This document shows positions 41,673 through 51,683 of a stretch of 64,000 nt of DNA, one piece after another. The notes below the pieces were generated by a model, which saw only the letters and a list, made by a program, of their open reading frames with translations, did not search any database and was not told the origin of the DNA. Position numbers and translations under genes: made by a program. Source of the DNA: Nitrosopumilus sp. (GTDB lineage: Archaea; Thermoproteota; Nitrososphaeria; Nitrososphaerales; Nitrosopumilaceae); NCBI GenBank assembly GCA_965206745.1, contig OZ242220.1:160001-224000 (forward strand), given 5' to 3'. Position 1 is the stretch's first letter; each line of letters begins with the position of its first letter.

Positions 41673-41878
41673 AAAATAACATCCATATTTTATTGAGATT
41701 TCCAATGCCCCATTGAGTTTTTTCCAAGCTTCTGCTGGGTTTGGATTTATTTGGTGGATGATTCTGGGATATATGGGCACAAAATATAGATCTTGATAAT
41801 TCTCAACAAACAATCTCTGCCAAACATCTGGACTCAAAATTTAGATGGCAGAAAAACATGTCAATCATCCTACTCAGT

Positions 41879-41925
41879 GGCTCTGGTCAAATACGGTGAT
41901 CAGATCACCGTTTGTGAGCAGAGCC
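41879..41925. repeat. 47-bp imperfect palindrome, copy 1
   Basis: GGCTCTGGTCAAATACGGTGATC-A-GATCACCGTTTGTGAGCAGAGCC; 20 of 23 arm positions complementary. Confidence 0.85.
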
Positions 41926-42061
41926 CCTGTCTGCAACTGGCAGATCTTTGAAACCGCCACAGTCAGGTGAAAAATGCAAGAGTCACTCTGATGCCAGTCT
42001 TTCATCCCATCTTTCCAAAAACCGAATATCTTATTATACAATTATCAAAGATAAACCATGA

Positions 42062-42847
42062 TTGATACCTCTAAAAGACGAAAATCCTCATCCTCCCGGC
42101 TTTAGGCCAATAATGACGATTGCATTAATTGCAACAAATGCCGTCGTATTTTTCATTCAGGTGGCAATCACTGGACAGTTCTTTGATTTTTCGATGATAG
42201 ATGAAAATGGGATTCATCCAGATACCATCAGCATGTATTACAATTGGGGTGCCGTTCCAAACTGTGTTACAGGCGCAAGTGAGTCCATTGTAAATTTTGG
42301 CAGGGGCCCTGTTGCATTCTCATGTCCTGATCCATCATACGTATCTTTACTAAGTTCAACTTTCATGCATGGCGGTCTGATGCATTTTGGTGGAAACATG
42401 CTGTTTTTGTGGGTGTTTGGAGATAACATTGAGCAGAAATTTGGAAAATTCAAGTACCTCCTAATCTATCTGAGTTGGGGAATTATAGCCGGACTAGTTC
42501 ACATAGCTGGAGATCCTACCAGTCCAATTCCTGCAGTAGGTGCGTCTGGTGCAATCTCGGGAGTTTTGGGCGCATATCTTGTCATTTTTCCAAGAGCCAA
42601 GATTTTAACACTGATGGGCTATTTCATGATGCATATTCAGGCCAGATGGTTCCTGCCTTTCTGGCTGGTCTTCCAAAACCTGCTTCCCTTTTTCATAGGA
42701 GGGTTTGGTGCGTCAGGTGGCGGCATTGCGTTTCTTGCACACATTGGCGGATTTGTAGTTGGCATAGGAACCGGATACATCTACAAAAAATTGCATAAAC
42801 CTGACTTTACATATGGTACAAGATATGGCTACAGACCAGATTATTGA
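42062..42847 (+). CDS. Rhomboid intramembrane serine protease
   Basis: HGGLMHFGGNM, GASGAISG, AHIGG. Confidence 0.93.
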   Translation: MIPLKDENPHPPGFRPIMTIALIATNAVVFFIQVAITGQFFDFSMIDENGIHPDTISMYYNWGAVPNCVTGASESIVNFGRGPVAFSCPDPSYVSLLSSTFMHGGLMHFGGNMLFLWVFGDNIEQKFGKFKYLLIYLSWGIIAGLVHIAGDPTSPIPAVGASGAISGVLGAYLVIFPRAKILTLMGYFMMHIQARWFLPFWLVFQNLLPFFIGGFGASGGGIAFLAHIGGFVVGIGTGYIYKKLHKPDFTYGTRYGYRPDY

Positions 42848-42880
42848 AAGCATAAATCCCCGGCTCTATTTGAAATTTAC

Positions 42881-43057
42881 ATGCCTCTGATTACAGTATC
42901 GATGTATCCTGGTAGAACCCGGGAACAGAAAGACGAATACGCAAAAGCAATCACAAAATCAGCAGTTGACATTCTAAAAACAAAAGAAAGTCACGTTATT
43001 GTTGTTTTTGAGGACAATCCCAAGGAAAATTGGTTTTTGGCAGGAAAGCAACTGTAG
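42881..43057 (+). CDS. 4-oxalocrotonate tautomerase family protein (not in ORF track)
   Basis: MPLITVSMYPGRTREQK...ENWFLAG; catalytic Pro1 and GRT motif. Confidence 0.9.
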   Translation: MPLITVSMYPGRTREQKDEYAKAITKSAVDILKTKESHVIVVFEDNPKENWFLAGKQL

Positions 43058-43172
43058 ATGTCCGGTTATTTGTACCTAGAATGTACAATGATCAGAGTTT
43101 ACGGTACAAACCCAATTTTATTTTTAATTATTTTTTGAGATGAATCCAATTTTTGAAACAGATAATCTAGAG

Positions 43173-43219
43173 GGTTCTGGTCACAAATGGTGATCTGATC
43201 ACTGTATCTGATCAGAGCC
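43173..43219. repeat. 47-bp imperfect palindrome, copy 2
   Basis: GGTTCTGGTCACAAATGGTGATC-T-GATCACTGTATCTGATCAGAGCC; opposite orientation to copy 1. Confidence 0.8.
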
Positions 43220-43417
43220 ATATCAGCTCCTTTTGTACACTGATAGTGTCATAATTCTGATGATCTGTATGATTCAATATTTGGAATCAGGATGGTTGTC
43301 TCTTCCGTGATGTGGCAAAGAAAAAGCCCATCTGATAACGGCTAGCCGGAATTGCCACACAATCGGAACTTTTGATCACATGTTTATCCTTTTATTGTAA
43401 TGCGATTCATCAACTTC

Positions 43418-44224
43418 ATGAAGGTCGCAATAGTCCAATTCACAGCTTCAACCAACAAAGAGACCAACCTCAAAAAAATAACCTCGTTTGTTTCCAAGGC
43501 GGCATCAAAAAATGCAACCTTGTGTGCATTTCCAGAATTTATGATGTTTTACACAAACTCATCCCAGACTTCAAGACAATTGGCAGATCTGTCTGAAACA
43601 ATAAGGGGAAATTTTGTGACAACTATTGCAAGAGCTGCCAAAGAGAATAAAATTCAGATTGTAGGCTCGTTTTATGAGAAAAGCAGGACAAAAGATCGTG
43701 TCTATGATACGGCATTTGTCATTGACAGGTCAGGCAAGGTAATCTCTACTTACCGCAAGATACATCTCTATGACGCACTAGGATTCCAAGAGTCAGATAA
43801 GATAAAATCAGGCTCAAAAATTGCAAGACCAGTCAAAACATCCATTGGAAAGATTGGCATGATGATCTGCTATGATTTAAGATTCCCAGAGATGTCAAGA
43901 TCACTTGCAGTTGCAGGCTCTGAGGTTCTAGTGGCGCCATCGGCCTGGGTTAGGGGAAAGATGAAGGAGGAACACTGGATTACAATCAACAAAACACGAG
44001 CAATTGAAAATGGCTGCTATGTGATCGCACCGGATCAAGTTGGAAACATCTACTGTGGGAGAAGCTTGGTAGTTGATCCCTACGGCAAAGTGCTGCTTGA
44101 CATGAAAAAGAGGCAGGGAATCAGCATCGTGAACATTGATCTGAACAAAGTAAAGCAAACACGGAAGATTCTGCCACTGCTGAAAAGTCGGAGAACCGAT
44201 GTCTATCCTACTTTGAAGGCTTAG
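43418..44224 (+). CDS. Carbon-nitrogen hydrolase (Nit1/Nit2-like)
   Basis: FPE, YRKIHLYD, ICYDLRFPE catalytic triad. Confidence 0.92.
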   Translation: MKVAIVQFTASTNKETNLKKITSFVSKAASKNATLCAFPEFMMFYTNSSQTSRQLADLSETIRGNFVTTIARAAKENKIQIVGSFYEKSRTKDRVYDTAFVIDRSGKVISTYRKIHLYDALGFQESDKIKSGSKIARPVKTSIGKIGMMICYDLRFPEMSRSLAVAGSEVLVAPSAWVRGKMKEEHWITINKTRAIENGCYVIAPDQVGNIYCGRSLVVDPYGKVLLDMKKRQGISIVNIDLNKVKQTRKILPLLKSRRTDVYPTLKA

Positions 44225-44672
44225 CTTTCCTGCTCTTGCAATTAAAATTGCCACATTGCCTAGTCCATTTTTGATTCCGTGAGTAGCGGAAGATTATCAT
44301 CGGCCACTTGCACACGTCGCACGGCATCTTGGTGGCTCGCATCCTTGCCTTTTGCAGCAACGGCGATGATGCCTTGCATCCGCCATAATAGTTAGAGCAG
44401 CCCATGAATCGCTTCCTTGTGGATTTTGATCTAATCACCATCAACTCCCCAAGCTTGCATTTGGGACACGGCACCAGTCCGTTTTTTGGAGAGTTTGTTC
44501 CAAGAATGATGTATCTTTTTTCCTTCGATGACCAGGAAAGGAAGCCGTTGCTGTCAAAATACTGGATAATCTCTTTCTTAAAGATGCTAGTTTTTGATTT
44601 TGTAGTTTTGACGACATGTCTCATTATCGGTTTTTTGATCTGTACAGTTTTGAGACTTGGTTTTCTCGGCAT
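44208..44672 (-). CDS. Topoisomerase I C4 zinc-ribbon domain protein
   Basis: CPKC...RFMGCSNY..C and CDVC...CGNFNC. Confidence 0.8.
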   Translation of the reverse strand: MPRKPSLKTVQIKKPIMRHVVKTTKSKTSIFKKEIIQYFDSNGFLSWSSKEKRYIILGTNSPKNGLVPCPKCKLGELMVIRSKSTRKRFMGCSNYYGGCKASSPLLQKARMRATKMPCDVCKWPMIIFRYSRNQKWTRQCGNFNCKSRKAKPSK

Positions 44673-44727
44673 CTTCTATGATGGATTTCTAAAACAATTT
44701 TTATAGGGAAATAGGTCAGTCACATTT

Positions 44728-45882
44728 GTGGAAAAGGTTTGCGTTCTTGGTGCTGGTAGCACCAAATATGGAAAATTAAGCGAAAGTATAGCCGATATTA
44801 CCACTCAGGCATCAGTTTTAGCCATAGAAAATGCAGGAATCGATCCCAAAGAGATCAAGGCATCCTACATTTCAAACGTTTTCGGGGTTGCTGACAAGCA
44901 GGTCCATATTGGTCCGGTTCTAATGAGCAGACTGGGCATTCCAGACAAGCCGTCATTGACAATAGAGTCTGCATGTGGAAGTGGCTCTGTATCTTTTAGA
45001 GAGGCATATGCAAATGTTGCGGCAGGATTTTATGATTGCCTGGTTGTTACCGGCGTGGAAAAAGTGACCCATACTGGGACCGAATGGACGACAACCTACT
45101 TTGCATACTGTTCTGACTTTTTCTATGAGGGCCAAGCAGGCGCGTCATTCCCTGGACTGTTTGCATCAATGGCACGATCCTATCTGACAGAGTTTGATGC
45201 AACAGAAGAGGACTTTGCAGCAGTTGCAGTAAAGAACCATGATAACGGCTTTCTCAATCCAAAGGCACACATGCAAAAGAAAATTACTGTTGATGACGTA
45301 ATGAACTCCGCAGTGGTCGCAAGCCCGCTGAAACTTTATGACTGCTGTCCGTTTTCTGACGGCGCAAGCTCTGTTATTCTCTGTTCTGAAAAGTTTGCAA
45401 AAGATCATGGCGGTGACTATGTTGAAGTCATTGGTTCTGGCAGAGGCGGCTCCCCTGCCGCATTACAAGGACGCGAACACATGACAACTATTCCTAGTAC
45501 TAAACTTGCAGCGGCAGATGCGTACAAGATGGCTGGCATCACCGCAAAGGATGTTGATTTTGCAGAAGTACATGACTGTTTTACGATTGCAGAAGTTGTA
45601 GACACCGAAGACTTGGGCTTCTTTGACAAAGGACAGGGCATTCAAGCTGTTCGTGAAGGCAGAACGAAATTAAACTCTGACATTTCCATTAATCCGTCCG
45701 GTGGTCTTAAATCAAAAGGACATCCAATTGGTGCAACGGGGGTTGGACAGGTAGTAGAAGTATTTGATCAGCTGACTGGAAAGGCTGGTCAAAGGACCGT
45801 CAAAGATGCAAAAATTGGTTTAACCCATAACTTCGGTGCGACCGGAGCAAGCTGTGCTGTTCACGTATTCCAAAGTGTGTAA
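44728..45882 (+). CDS. Thiolase (acetyl-CoA C-acetyltransferase, archaeal type)
   Basis: ESACGSG, EVHDCF, NPSGGL.SKGHPIGATG. Confidence 0.93.
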   Translation: MEKVCVLGAGSTKYGKLSESIADITTQASVLAIENAGIDPKEIKASYISNVFGVADKQVHIGPVLMSRLGIPDKPSLTIESACGSGSVSFREAYANVAAGFYDCLVVTGVEKVTHTGTEWTTTYFAYCSDFFYEGQAGASFPGLFASMARSYLTEFDATEEDFAAVAVKNHDNGFLNPKAHMQKKITVDDVMNSAVVASPLKLYDCCPFSDGASSVILCSEKFAKDHGGDYVEVIGSGRGGSPAALQGREHMTTIPSTKLAAADAYKMAGITAKDVDFAEVHDCFTIAEVVDTEDLGFFDKGQGIQAVREGRTKLNSDISINPSGGLKSKGHPIGATGVGQVVEVFDQLTGKAGQRTVKDAKIGLTHNFGATGASCAVHVFQSV

Positions 45883-45883
45883 A

Positions 45884-46249
45884 ATGACTGTCGAAGAACA
45901 ACTAATTGAATATGCCAAACAAGGAAAGCTTGTAACCCACAAGTGTACCAAATGTGGATACCTCCACCTGTCTACTGCATATTACTGCCTCAAGTGTGGG
46001 AGCAAGGGATTTGAGGATGTTGTTTTGGACGGTGTAGGCTCAGTTGCCACTTATACGATAATCACCGTGGCGCCTGCCGGCTTTGAGAAATACACCCCAT
46101 ATGCTTTTGTCGTGCTTGAACTCGATAATACGGATTTGAGGATATCGGGGTTTATGGCAGATATTGCCACCCCCGCTGATCTGCCTGTTGGAACCAGGGC
46201 CCATATTGCCGGCTTTGATGAGCGCGGAATCATCATTGAAAAACAGTAA
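45884..46249 (+). CDS. DUF35 zinc-ribbon/OB-fold thiolase partner
   Basis: CTKCG...CLKCG then OB fold; adjacent to thiolase. Confidence 0.9.
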   Translation: MTVEEQLIEYAKQGKLVTHKCTKCGYLHLSTAYYCLKCGSKGFEDVVLDGVGSVATYTIITVAPAGFEKYTPYAFVVLELDNTDLRISGFMADIATPADLPVGTRAHIAGFDERGIIIEKQ

Positions 46250-46319
46250 AAAAATTTGCTTGAATTATTAAAAAAAATCAAAATCGACTCTTAATTGTTT
46301 TACATATGTGATGGTATTG

Positions 46320-46481
46320 ATGTCAGTCGAAATCACGTGTGGTAAATGTGGAGAAAAGATCACAGACATGAAGATGCTAAAGTCCCTAAAGGATGTACTA
46401 AACCCATCAAGTGGCAAATGTCCGTCATGTGGACAGAAACTTTCTACATCAGAGTTTTCACTTGATGTCCAGGAAAAATAA
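46320..46481 (+). CDS. 53-aa CxxC/CPxCG zinc-finger microprotein (not in ORF track)
   Basis: MSVEITCGKCG...KCPSCGQKL. Confidence 0.75.
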   Translation: MSVEITCGKCGEKITDMKMLKSLKDVLNPSSGKCPSCGQKLSTSEFSLDVQEK

Positions 46482-46592
46482 ACAAGAATACTTTCCGCAA
46501 AGATCATTTTACAGTTTTAACGAATCTGTTTAAAACCCTGATAAGTTATCTAGTCACAAGTCTTATTTACTACATTAAATTTAGAAACAACA

Positions 46593-48773
46593 GTGAAACA
46601 GACCGAAGAAGATTTAGAATTAGATATTGATGCTGATCTGGACGACCCAGAATTAGATCTGGCTGACTCTGAGTTAGATATGGATGATGACGCAGATGAC
46701 TCTGGTTCAAAGAGAGGCGGAATCTTGCAGTCCACCTCAAAACGAGTCAGGATGATATTCTCTGTGATGGCAAGCCCAAACAGAATTGATATCCTCAGAA
46801 TCCTCAATTCCAAGGGTCCGTTAACCTATTCCGAATTAAAATCCTTGGCCGGCTTTAAATCAAAGAAGGAGAGTGGAAAATTTGCATACCACCTGAGAAA
46901 ACTGCTCAGGCAATCACTTGTCGCACTAAATAAATCTGAAAGACGTTATACCATTACAAACCTTGGCAAGCTTGTCTTGAGTCTGGCAAGACAGATTGAG
47001 GAGCGTTCAATTATTGAAAGCGGAAAAATGTATGTAAGGACATCCTCTGAATCAATTGAGGAATTCAAATCGCAGAAAATCATTCAATCCCTAACGCGTG
47101 AAGGCAGTCTTCCGTTGGAGCTGGCACAAAAAATTACTGAGGAAGTTGAAAATAGAATCTACAAATATCAGACAACCTACCTCACAGGCGCACTAATCAG
47201 AGAGATGGTCAATTCCGTCCTGCTTGAGCATGGCCACGAGGAATACAGGAACAAACTTGCACGCCTAGGCCTGCCTGTACACGATGTACACGAGATGATC
47301 TCCAATTTAGACGATGTGGATAATGGGGCTGAAGGGCTCTTGTTTAACACCGGACAAAAGGTGTTTGCCGAGTACCTGCTTACAAACATCCTGTCCAAGG
47401 ATGTAGCAGACTCGCATCTTTCTGGAGACTTGCACATCTCCAATCCCGGGGTTTGGTCCATGATTCCTGATACGATATTTGTCAACATCAAAGAACTGAT
47501 TGAGGACGGCATTGATCTCGGCGGAAAGTATCTTGACGTATCAAGAATTCCCGCATCAAAAAAACTCGATGAAATCACAAGCTCACTGTCTATAGTCATT
47601 GCCCTTCTTTCAAAAGAGGCCTCGCAAGAAATCGTGCTTGATGGCCTGGTTTCATTGTTTGCAAAACATTCAAAGTCCGTTCCAGAACTCGAAGAAAAGC
47701 TAACCAATGCATTTGCAACTGCATCGACAACCTCAAAATACAACAGGATCAGTACGAACGTCTCAATTCGTTTACAATTGGGCACTGACATGAAAATAGT
47801 TCATGCAATTATCAATGCATACAAAAATTACACAAAGATTACACCAATTCCAAAAATCGGTCTGATAATCGATGCTGAGAAGGGAAAGATTACCGACGTA
47901 TCAAAGTCCGCAGCCGAGATACTCTCACTTGGTGGAAAAGTAATGTTTGCCAAAGGCCAAACATCCAGTAGCGGTATTACAAACGGTTCAACAAAAACAT
48001 CCGGTCCACTCTCAATCATCTTGCAATCCGTTTCAATCAATCTTCCAAGACTGGCATTTGAATCAAACAAGGATGAAACTTACTTTAGGGCAAGACTTGC
48101 CTTACTGTTAAAGCCAGCTCTGGTTTCCATGGCACTAAGAAAGAAAGAGATTTCGGATCTTACGCGAAGGGGCCTGAATCCAATCCTTGCAAAGAATACC
48201 CAATACATGCAGAGAAGCTCCGTCTCCCTTGTGGTCAACCTTGTGGGACTCAAAGAGTCGGTCTTTCAGATACTTGGATTCCAAGATAACAAGGAAGGAC
48301 GAGACATTCTCAACAAAGTCATCGAGACTGCAGTCGATGTTGGCGCCAAAAAGGGCAAGGAATTAGGCGATACTGTGGCCATTTCCATGACTGAAACTGA
48401 GGGCTCTGCTCGTTTTGCCACGCTAGATGGTGAGAAATATGGCAAAAATTCAAGCCTAAACTCCATGGATGCCGACTCCTACTCCCAAAATATCACGATT
48501 AACGCCTCAGATGTCTCTGGCTACACTGCAAAAAGTGAGCCTATATCAGAATCCAACAAGCTATCAAAGTTGCTTAACGGAGGACTGCTTGTAACATTAC
48601 AAATTGACAAGAATGCAAAGGTTGAGGATATCAAGAAATCACTAGAGAAGACATCAGAACTTGTATCAACCTTCAAGCCTGTAAGGCATTCTGCGATCTG
48701 TGGTGAGTGTGGCTTTAAAGACGAACCATTTGATGCCAAGTGCCCAAAGTGCAAGTCACCTTATATTGTCTGA
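46593..48773 (+). CDS. ArsR-like wHTH + ATP-cone + NrdD-like (class III RNR-fold) protein
   Basis: SPNRIDILRIL...FAYHLRKL HTH; VRTS...EEF...KI ATP cone; SHLSGDLHI, SINLPRLA, VGLKE NrdD-like motifs; ends after CxxC...CPKC. Confidence 0.8.
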   Translation: MKQTEEDLELDIDADLDDPELDLADSELDMDDDADDSGSKRGGILQSTSKRVRMIFSVMASPNRIDILRILNSKGPLTYSELKSLAGFKSKKESGKFAYHLRKLLRQSLVALNKSERRYTITNLGKLVLSLARQIEERSIIESGKMYVRTSSESIEEFKSQKIIQSLTREGSLPLELAQKITEEVENRIYKYQTTYLTGALIREMVNSVLLEHGHEEYRNKLARLGLPVHDVHEMISNLDDVDNGAEGLLFNTGQKVFAEYLLTNILSKDVADSHLSGDLHISNPGVWSMIPDTIFVNIKELIEDGIDLGGKYLDVSRIPASKKLDEITSSLSIVIALLSKEASQEIVLDGLVSLFAKHSKSVPELEEKLTNAFATASTTSKYNRISTNVSIRLQLGTDMKIVHAIINAYKNYTKITPIPKIGLIIDAEKGKITDVSKSAAEILSLGGKVMFAKGQTSSSGITNGSTKTSGPLSIILQSVSINLPRLAFESNKDETYFRARLALLLKPALVSMALRKKEISDLTRRGLNPILAKNTQYMQRSSVSLVVNLVGLKESVFQILGFQDNKEGRDILNKVIETAVDVGAKKGKELGDTVAISMTETEGSARFATLDGEKYGKNSSLNSMDADSYSQNITINASDVSGYTAKSEPISESNKLSKLLNGGLLVTLQIDKNAKVEDIKKSLEKTSELVSTFKPVRHSAICGECGFKDEPFDAKCPKCKSPYIV

Positions 48774-48985
48774 AAACCGTAAATGATAAACTAGTTCCGA
48801 TCATTTTTTGTAAATTTTTTGATCCATTTCAGAGTGCGATCATCGTTGACTGTCATCTGTGTTCAACCAGTATAAAATTCATAGTAGTGCTATCAAAAAA
48901 TTGACTCATTAGCCAATCAGATCAAAAATTTTCGAGCACACAAGTTATAACCACATTCATTCTAACCCCCTTCGGGGAGATTATA

Positions 48986-51637
48986 ATGGACAATTCACAG
49001 ATAGAAAATACGATCAATGAGATCCGCAAGCGCAGTGGAGCAGTAGCGGCTTTCAATAAGGACAAGATTTCAAATGCCATATTTCAGGCATTGGCCGCCA
49101 CCTCTAAAGCCGATCGTGGCGTTGCCGACAAACTCGCAGAAGATGTAGTCAACAAGCTAGTAGAGCAAGGATTTACAGGCTCTAGGGCACCTACAGTTGA
49201 AGATATCCAAGATATCGTAGAGTCAACTTTAATCGATAGCGGGAATAGCGATATTGCAAAAGCATACATCGTTTACAGGCATGAGAGGAGAAAGTTAAGA
49301 GACGAAAAAATGAAGGTCTTGAATCTCAAGGCCCTTGATCCAGTTTCAAAAAAGTTTGATTTGAACTGTCTGAGGGTACTGGCATCAAGATATCTTTTCA
49401 GAAATTCCAAAAACGAGATTACTGAATCACCTACTCAAATGTTTGAGCGAGTCGCAATTCTGGTTGGAATCGGTGACATGCTGTACGATTCACAACTCTT
49501 TGACAGATCCGGAAACAACAAACAGGACATAGACGAGGCAAAGTCCTATCTTGAAAAACTGGATGCCTTTGATTACAAATTCAAAGTCGGGGAATACTTT
49601 TTCAACAAATGGCATTTTAGATCCCTGATCAGCCACTATGTGACCCTTGCAAACAAGGGTCAGATGAAGGTAAGCTTCAAAGATCTGCTGACATTGCTGG
49701 CAGGAAAAAAACTCGACAGCTATTCAGATAAAATCACTGAATACTTTACAATGATGACAGGACAAGACTTTCTGCCAAACTCACCAACCATGATGAATGC
49801 AGGTGGAAGACTGGGACAGCTCTCAGCATGCTTTGTACTTGGAATGGAGGACGGCATGGAGGAGATCATGAAATCCACCTCTGATGCGGCACTAATCTTC
49901 AAGTCCGGCGGCGGGGTTGGAATCAACTATTCTAACCTTCGTGAGGAAGGCGACATTGTGGCATCAACATCCGGTGTTGCATCCGGTCCCGTATCCTTCA
50001 TGAATATCATCAATACTGTCACCGAAGTTGTAAAACAAGGCGGCAAGAGGCGCGGTGCAAACATGGGAATCATCGAGGCATGGCATCCTGATGTGGAGAA
50101 ATTCATCACAAACAAAACAGAAGCCGGCATTTTAGAAAATTTCAACATAAGTGTGGGAATCTGGGAGGACTTTTGGCATGCACTTGTCAACACTACTGAT
50201 GGCAACTATGTCCTACGCAGCCCGCGCGACAGAAAACCTGTCAAGGAAATCAATGCGCACCAGCTAATTGATCTGATTGCGTTATCTGCATGGAAGAGCG
50301 CAGAACCCGGCCTGATCTTCTTTGACCAGATCAACAAATACAACGTGTTTGCTAAAGCCAGACAAGCACCGCTTAGGGCCACGAATCCATGCGGCGAACA
50401 AAGCCTGTACCCATACGAGTCATGCAACCTGGGCTCCATCAACCTGGCAAATCTTGCAAAAAGACAGGCAGACGGATCCTACGAGTTTGACTGGCAGGGG
50501 TATGAGGAGATTATCCGAAAAACGACAAGATTCTTGGATAACATCATTGATGTAAACAACTATCCTGTGCCTGAAATCAATACAGCCTCAAAAGAGTCTA
50601 GGCGAATCGGACTTGGAGTGATGGGAGTAGCTGATCTGTTATACAGATTAAGAATCCCATACAATTCCCAAGAGGGGTACGAACTACAATCAAAACTCTC
50701 CGAGGCCCTGACATACTATTCCATGGAAGAGAGTGTCTCACTTGCAAGATCCCGTGGCGAATTCCCACTTTGTGCCAAGACAGAATATCCTGAAGGAAAG
50801 ATTCCGATATCCGGATACTATGAAAGACCAAAAGAGTCCCATTCATACGAGTGGGCTCCACTTGTTGAGGAGATCAAAAAATACGGCATCCGAAACGTCT
50901 TGACTACCACAGTGGCACCGACTGGCACACTGTCCATGATTGCAGACTGTTCAAACGGAATGGAGCCTGCGTTTGCCCTGGTGTTTGAAAAGAGAGTCAC
51001 TGTTGGAAGATTCTTCTACACAAACAAGATCCTTGAGGAAGTCCTCAAAGAGGAAGGCCTCTACACAGATGAGATTCTCGAAAAGATTGCAGACAACTAT
51101 GGCTCATTGAAAGGATTAGATGAGATCCCACAATGGATGCAGGATGTCTTTGTTACGGCAATGGACATCCATTGGGCTGATCATCTGATGGCTCAAGGCG
51201 TCTGGCAAGATTGGATTGGAAATGCAATTGCAAAGACAATCAACATGCCTTACGACGTGACAGTTGAGGATGTAAAGTCTGCATACCTGCTTGCCCATGA
51301 AATCGGTCTGAAGGGAATGACTGTCTATCGTGACGGTTCAAGGCACAAGCAAGTCCTTCACATGACAAGTGATAACGCGACAAAGACCTTTGAGGTGACG
51401 CCCAGCGGTTACATGACTGCATTTGTCACCAAACACATCACAAACCCCTACATAAAGTCGCAGATCAACACCTCACTGGCATTAAAGGTGCATGATGAGG
51501 AAATTCAGCTCGAATCCCCAAAGTTGGAGAATGTCTCTGAGGACAAACTGTGTCCCACATGCAAAAACAACCTGATATTCGTAGAGGGTTGCAGTATCTG
51601 CATTGAGTGCGGATACAGTGGTTGTACTTCTGGATAA
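48986..51637 (+). CDS. nrdJ: Adenosylcobalamin-dependent (class II) ribonucleotide reductase with ATP cone
   Basis: PNSPTMMN, SACFV, TNPCGEQ, SCNLGS, APTGT, C-terminal Cys motifs. Confidence 0.96.
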   Translation: MDNSQIENTINEIRKRSGAVAAFNKDKISNAIFQALAATSKADRGVADKLAEDVVNKLVEQGFTGSRAPTVEDIQDIVESTLIDSGNSDIAKAYIVYRHERRKLRDEKMKVLNLKALDPVSKKFDLNCLRVLASRYLFRNSKNEITESPTQMFERVAILVGIGDMLYDSQLFDRSGNNKQDIDEAKSYLEKLDAFDYKFKVGEYFFNKWHFRSLISHYVTLANKGQMKVSFKDLLTLLAGKKLDSYSDKITEYFTMMTGQDFLPNSPTMMNAGGRLGQLSACFVLGMEDGMEEIMKSTSDAALIFKSGGGVGINYSNLREEGDIVASTSGVASGPVSFMNIINTVTEVVKQGGKRRGANMGIIEAWHPDVEKFITNKTEAGILENFNISVGIWEDFWHALVNTTDGNYVLRSPRDRKPVKEINAHQLIDLIALSAWKSAEPGLIFFDQINKYNVFAKARQAPLRATNPCGEQSLYPYESCNLGSINLANLAKRQADGSYEFDWQGYEEIIRKTTRFLDNIIDVNNYPVPEINTASKESRRIGLGVMGVADLLYRLRIPYNSQEGYELQSKLSEALTYYSMEESVSLARSRGEFPLCAKTEYPEGKIPISGYYERPKESHSYEWAPLVEEIKKYGIRNVLTTTVAPTGTLSMIADCSNGMEPAFALVFEKRVTVGRFFYTNKILEEVLKEEGLYTDEILEKIADNYGSLKGLDEIPQWMQDVFVTAMDIHWADHLMAQGVWQDWIGNAIAKTINMPYDVTVEDVKSAYLLAHEIGLKGMTVYRDGSRHKQVLHMTSDNATKTFEVTPSGYMTAFVTKHITNPYIKSQINTSLALKVHDEEIQLESPKLENVSEDKLCPTCKNNLIFVEGCSICIECGYSGCTSG

Positions 51638-51683
51638 ATGACAGGATCACAACTTTTTTACTTCCTTTTCATTTTGATTCCAT

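Noticed and set aside
41879-41925. Integron attC site or Xer/dif site
   Set aside because: Lacks RYYYAAC/GTTRRRY ends and dif 11-6-11 geometry; no integrase gene in the window.
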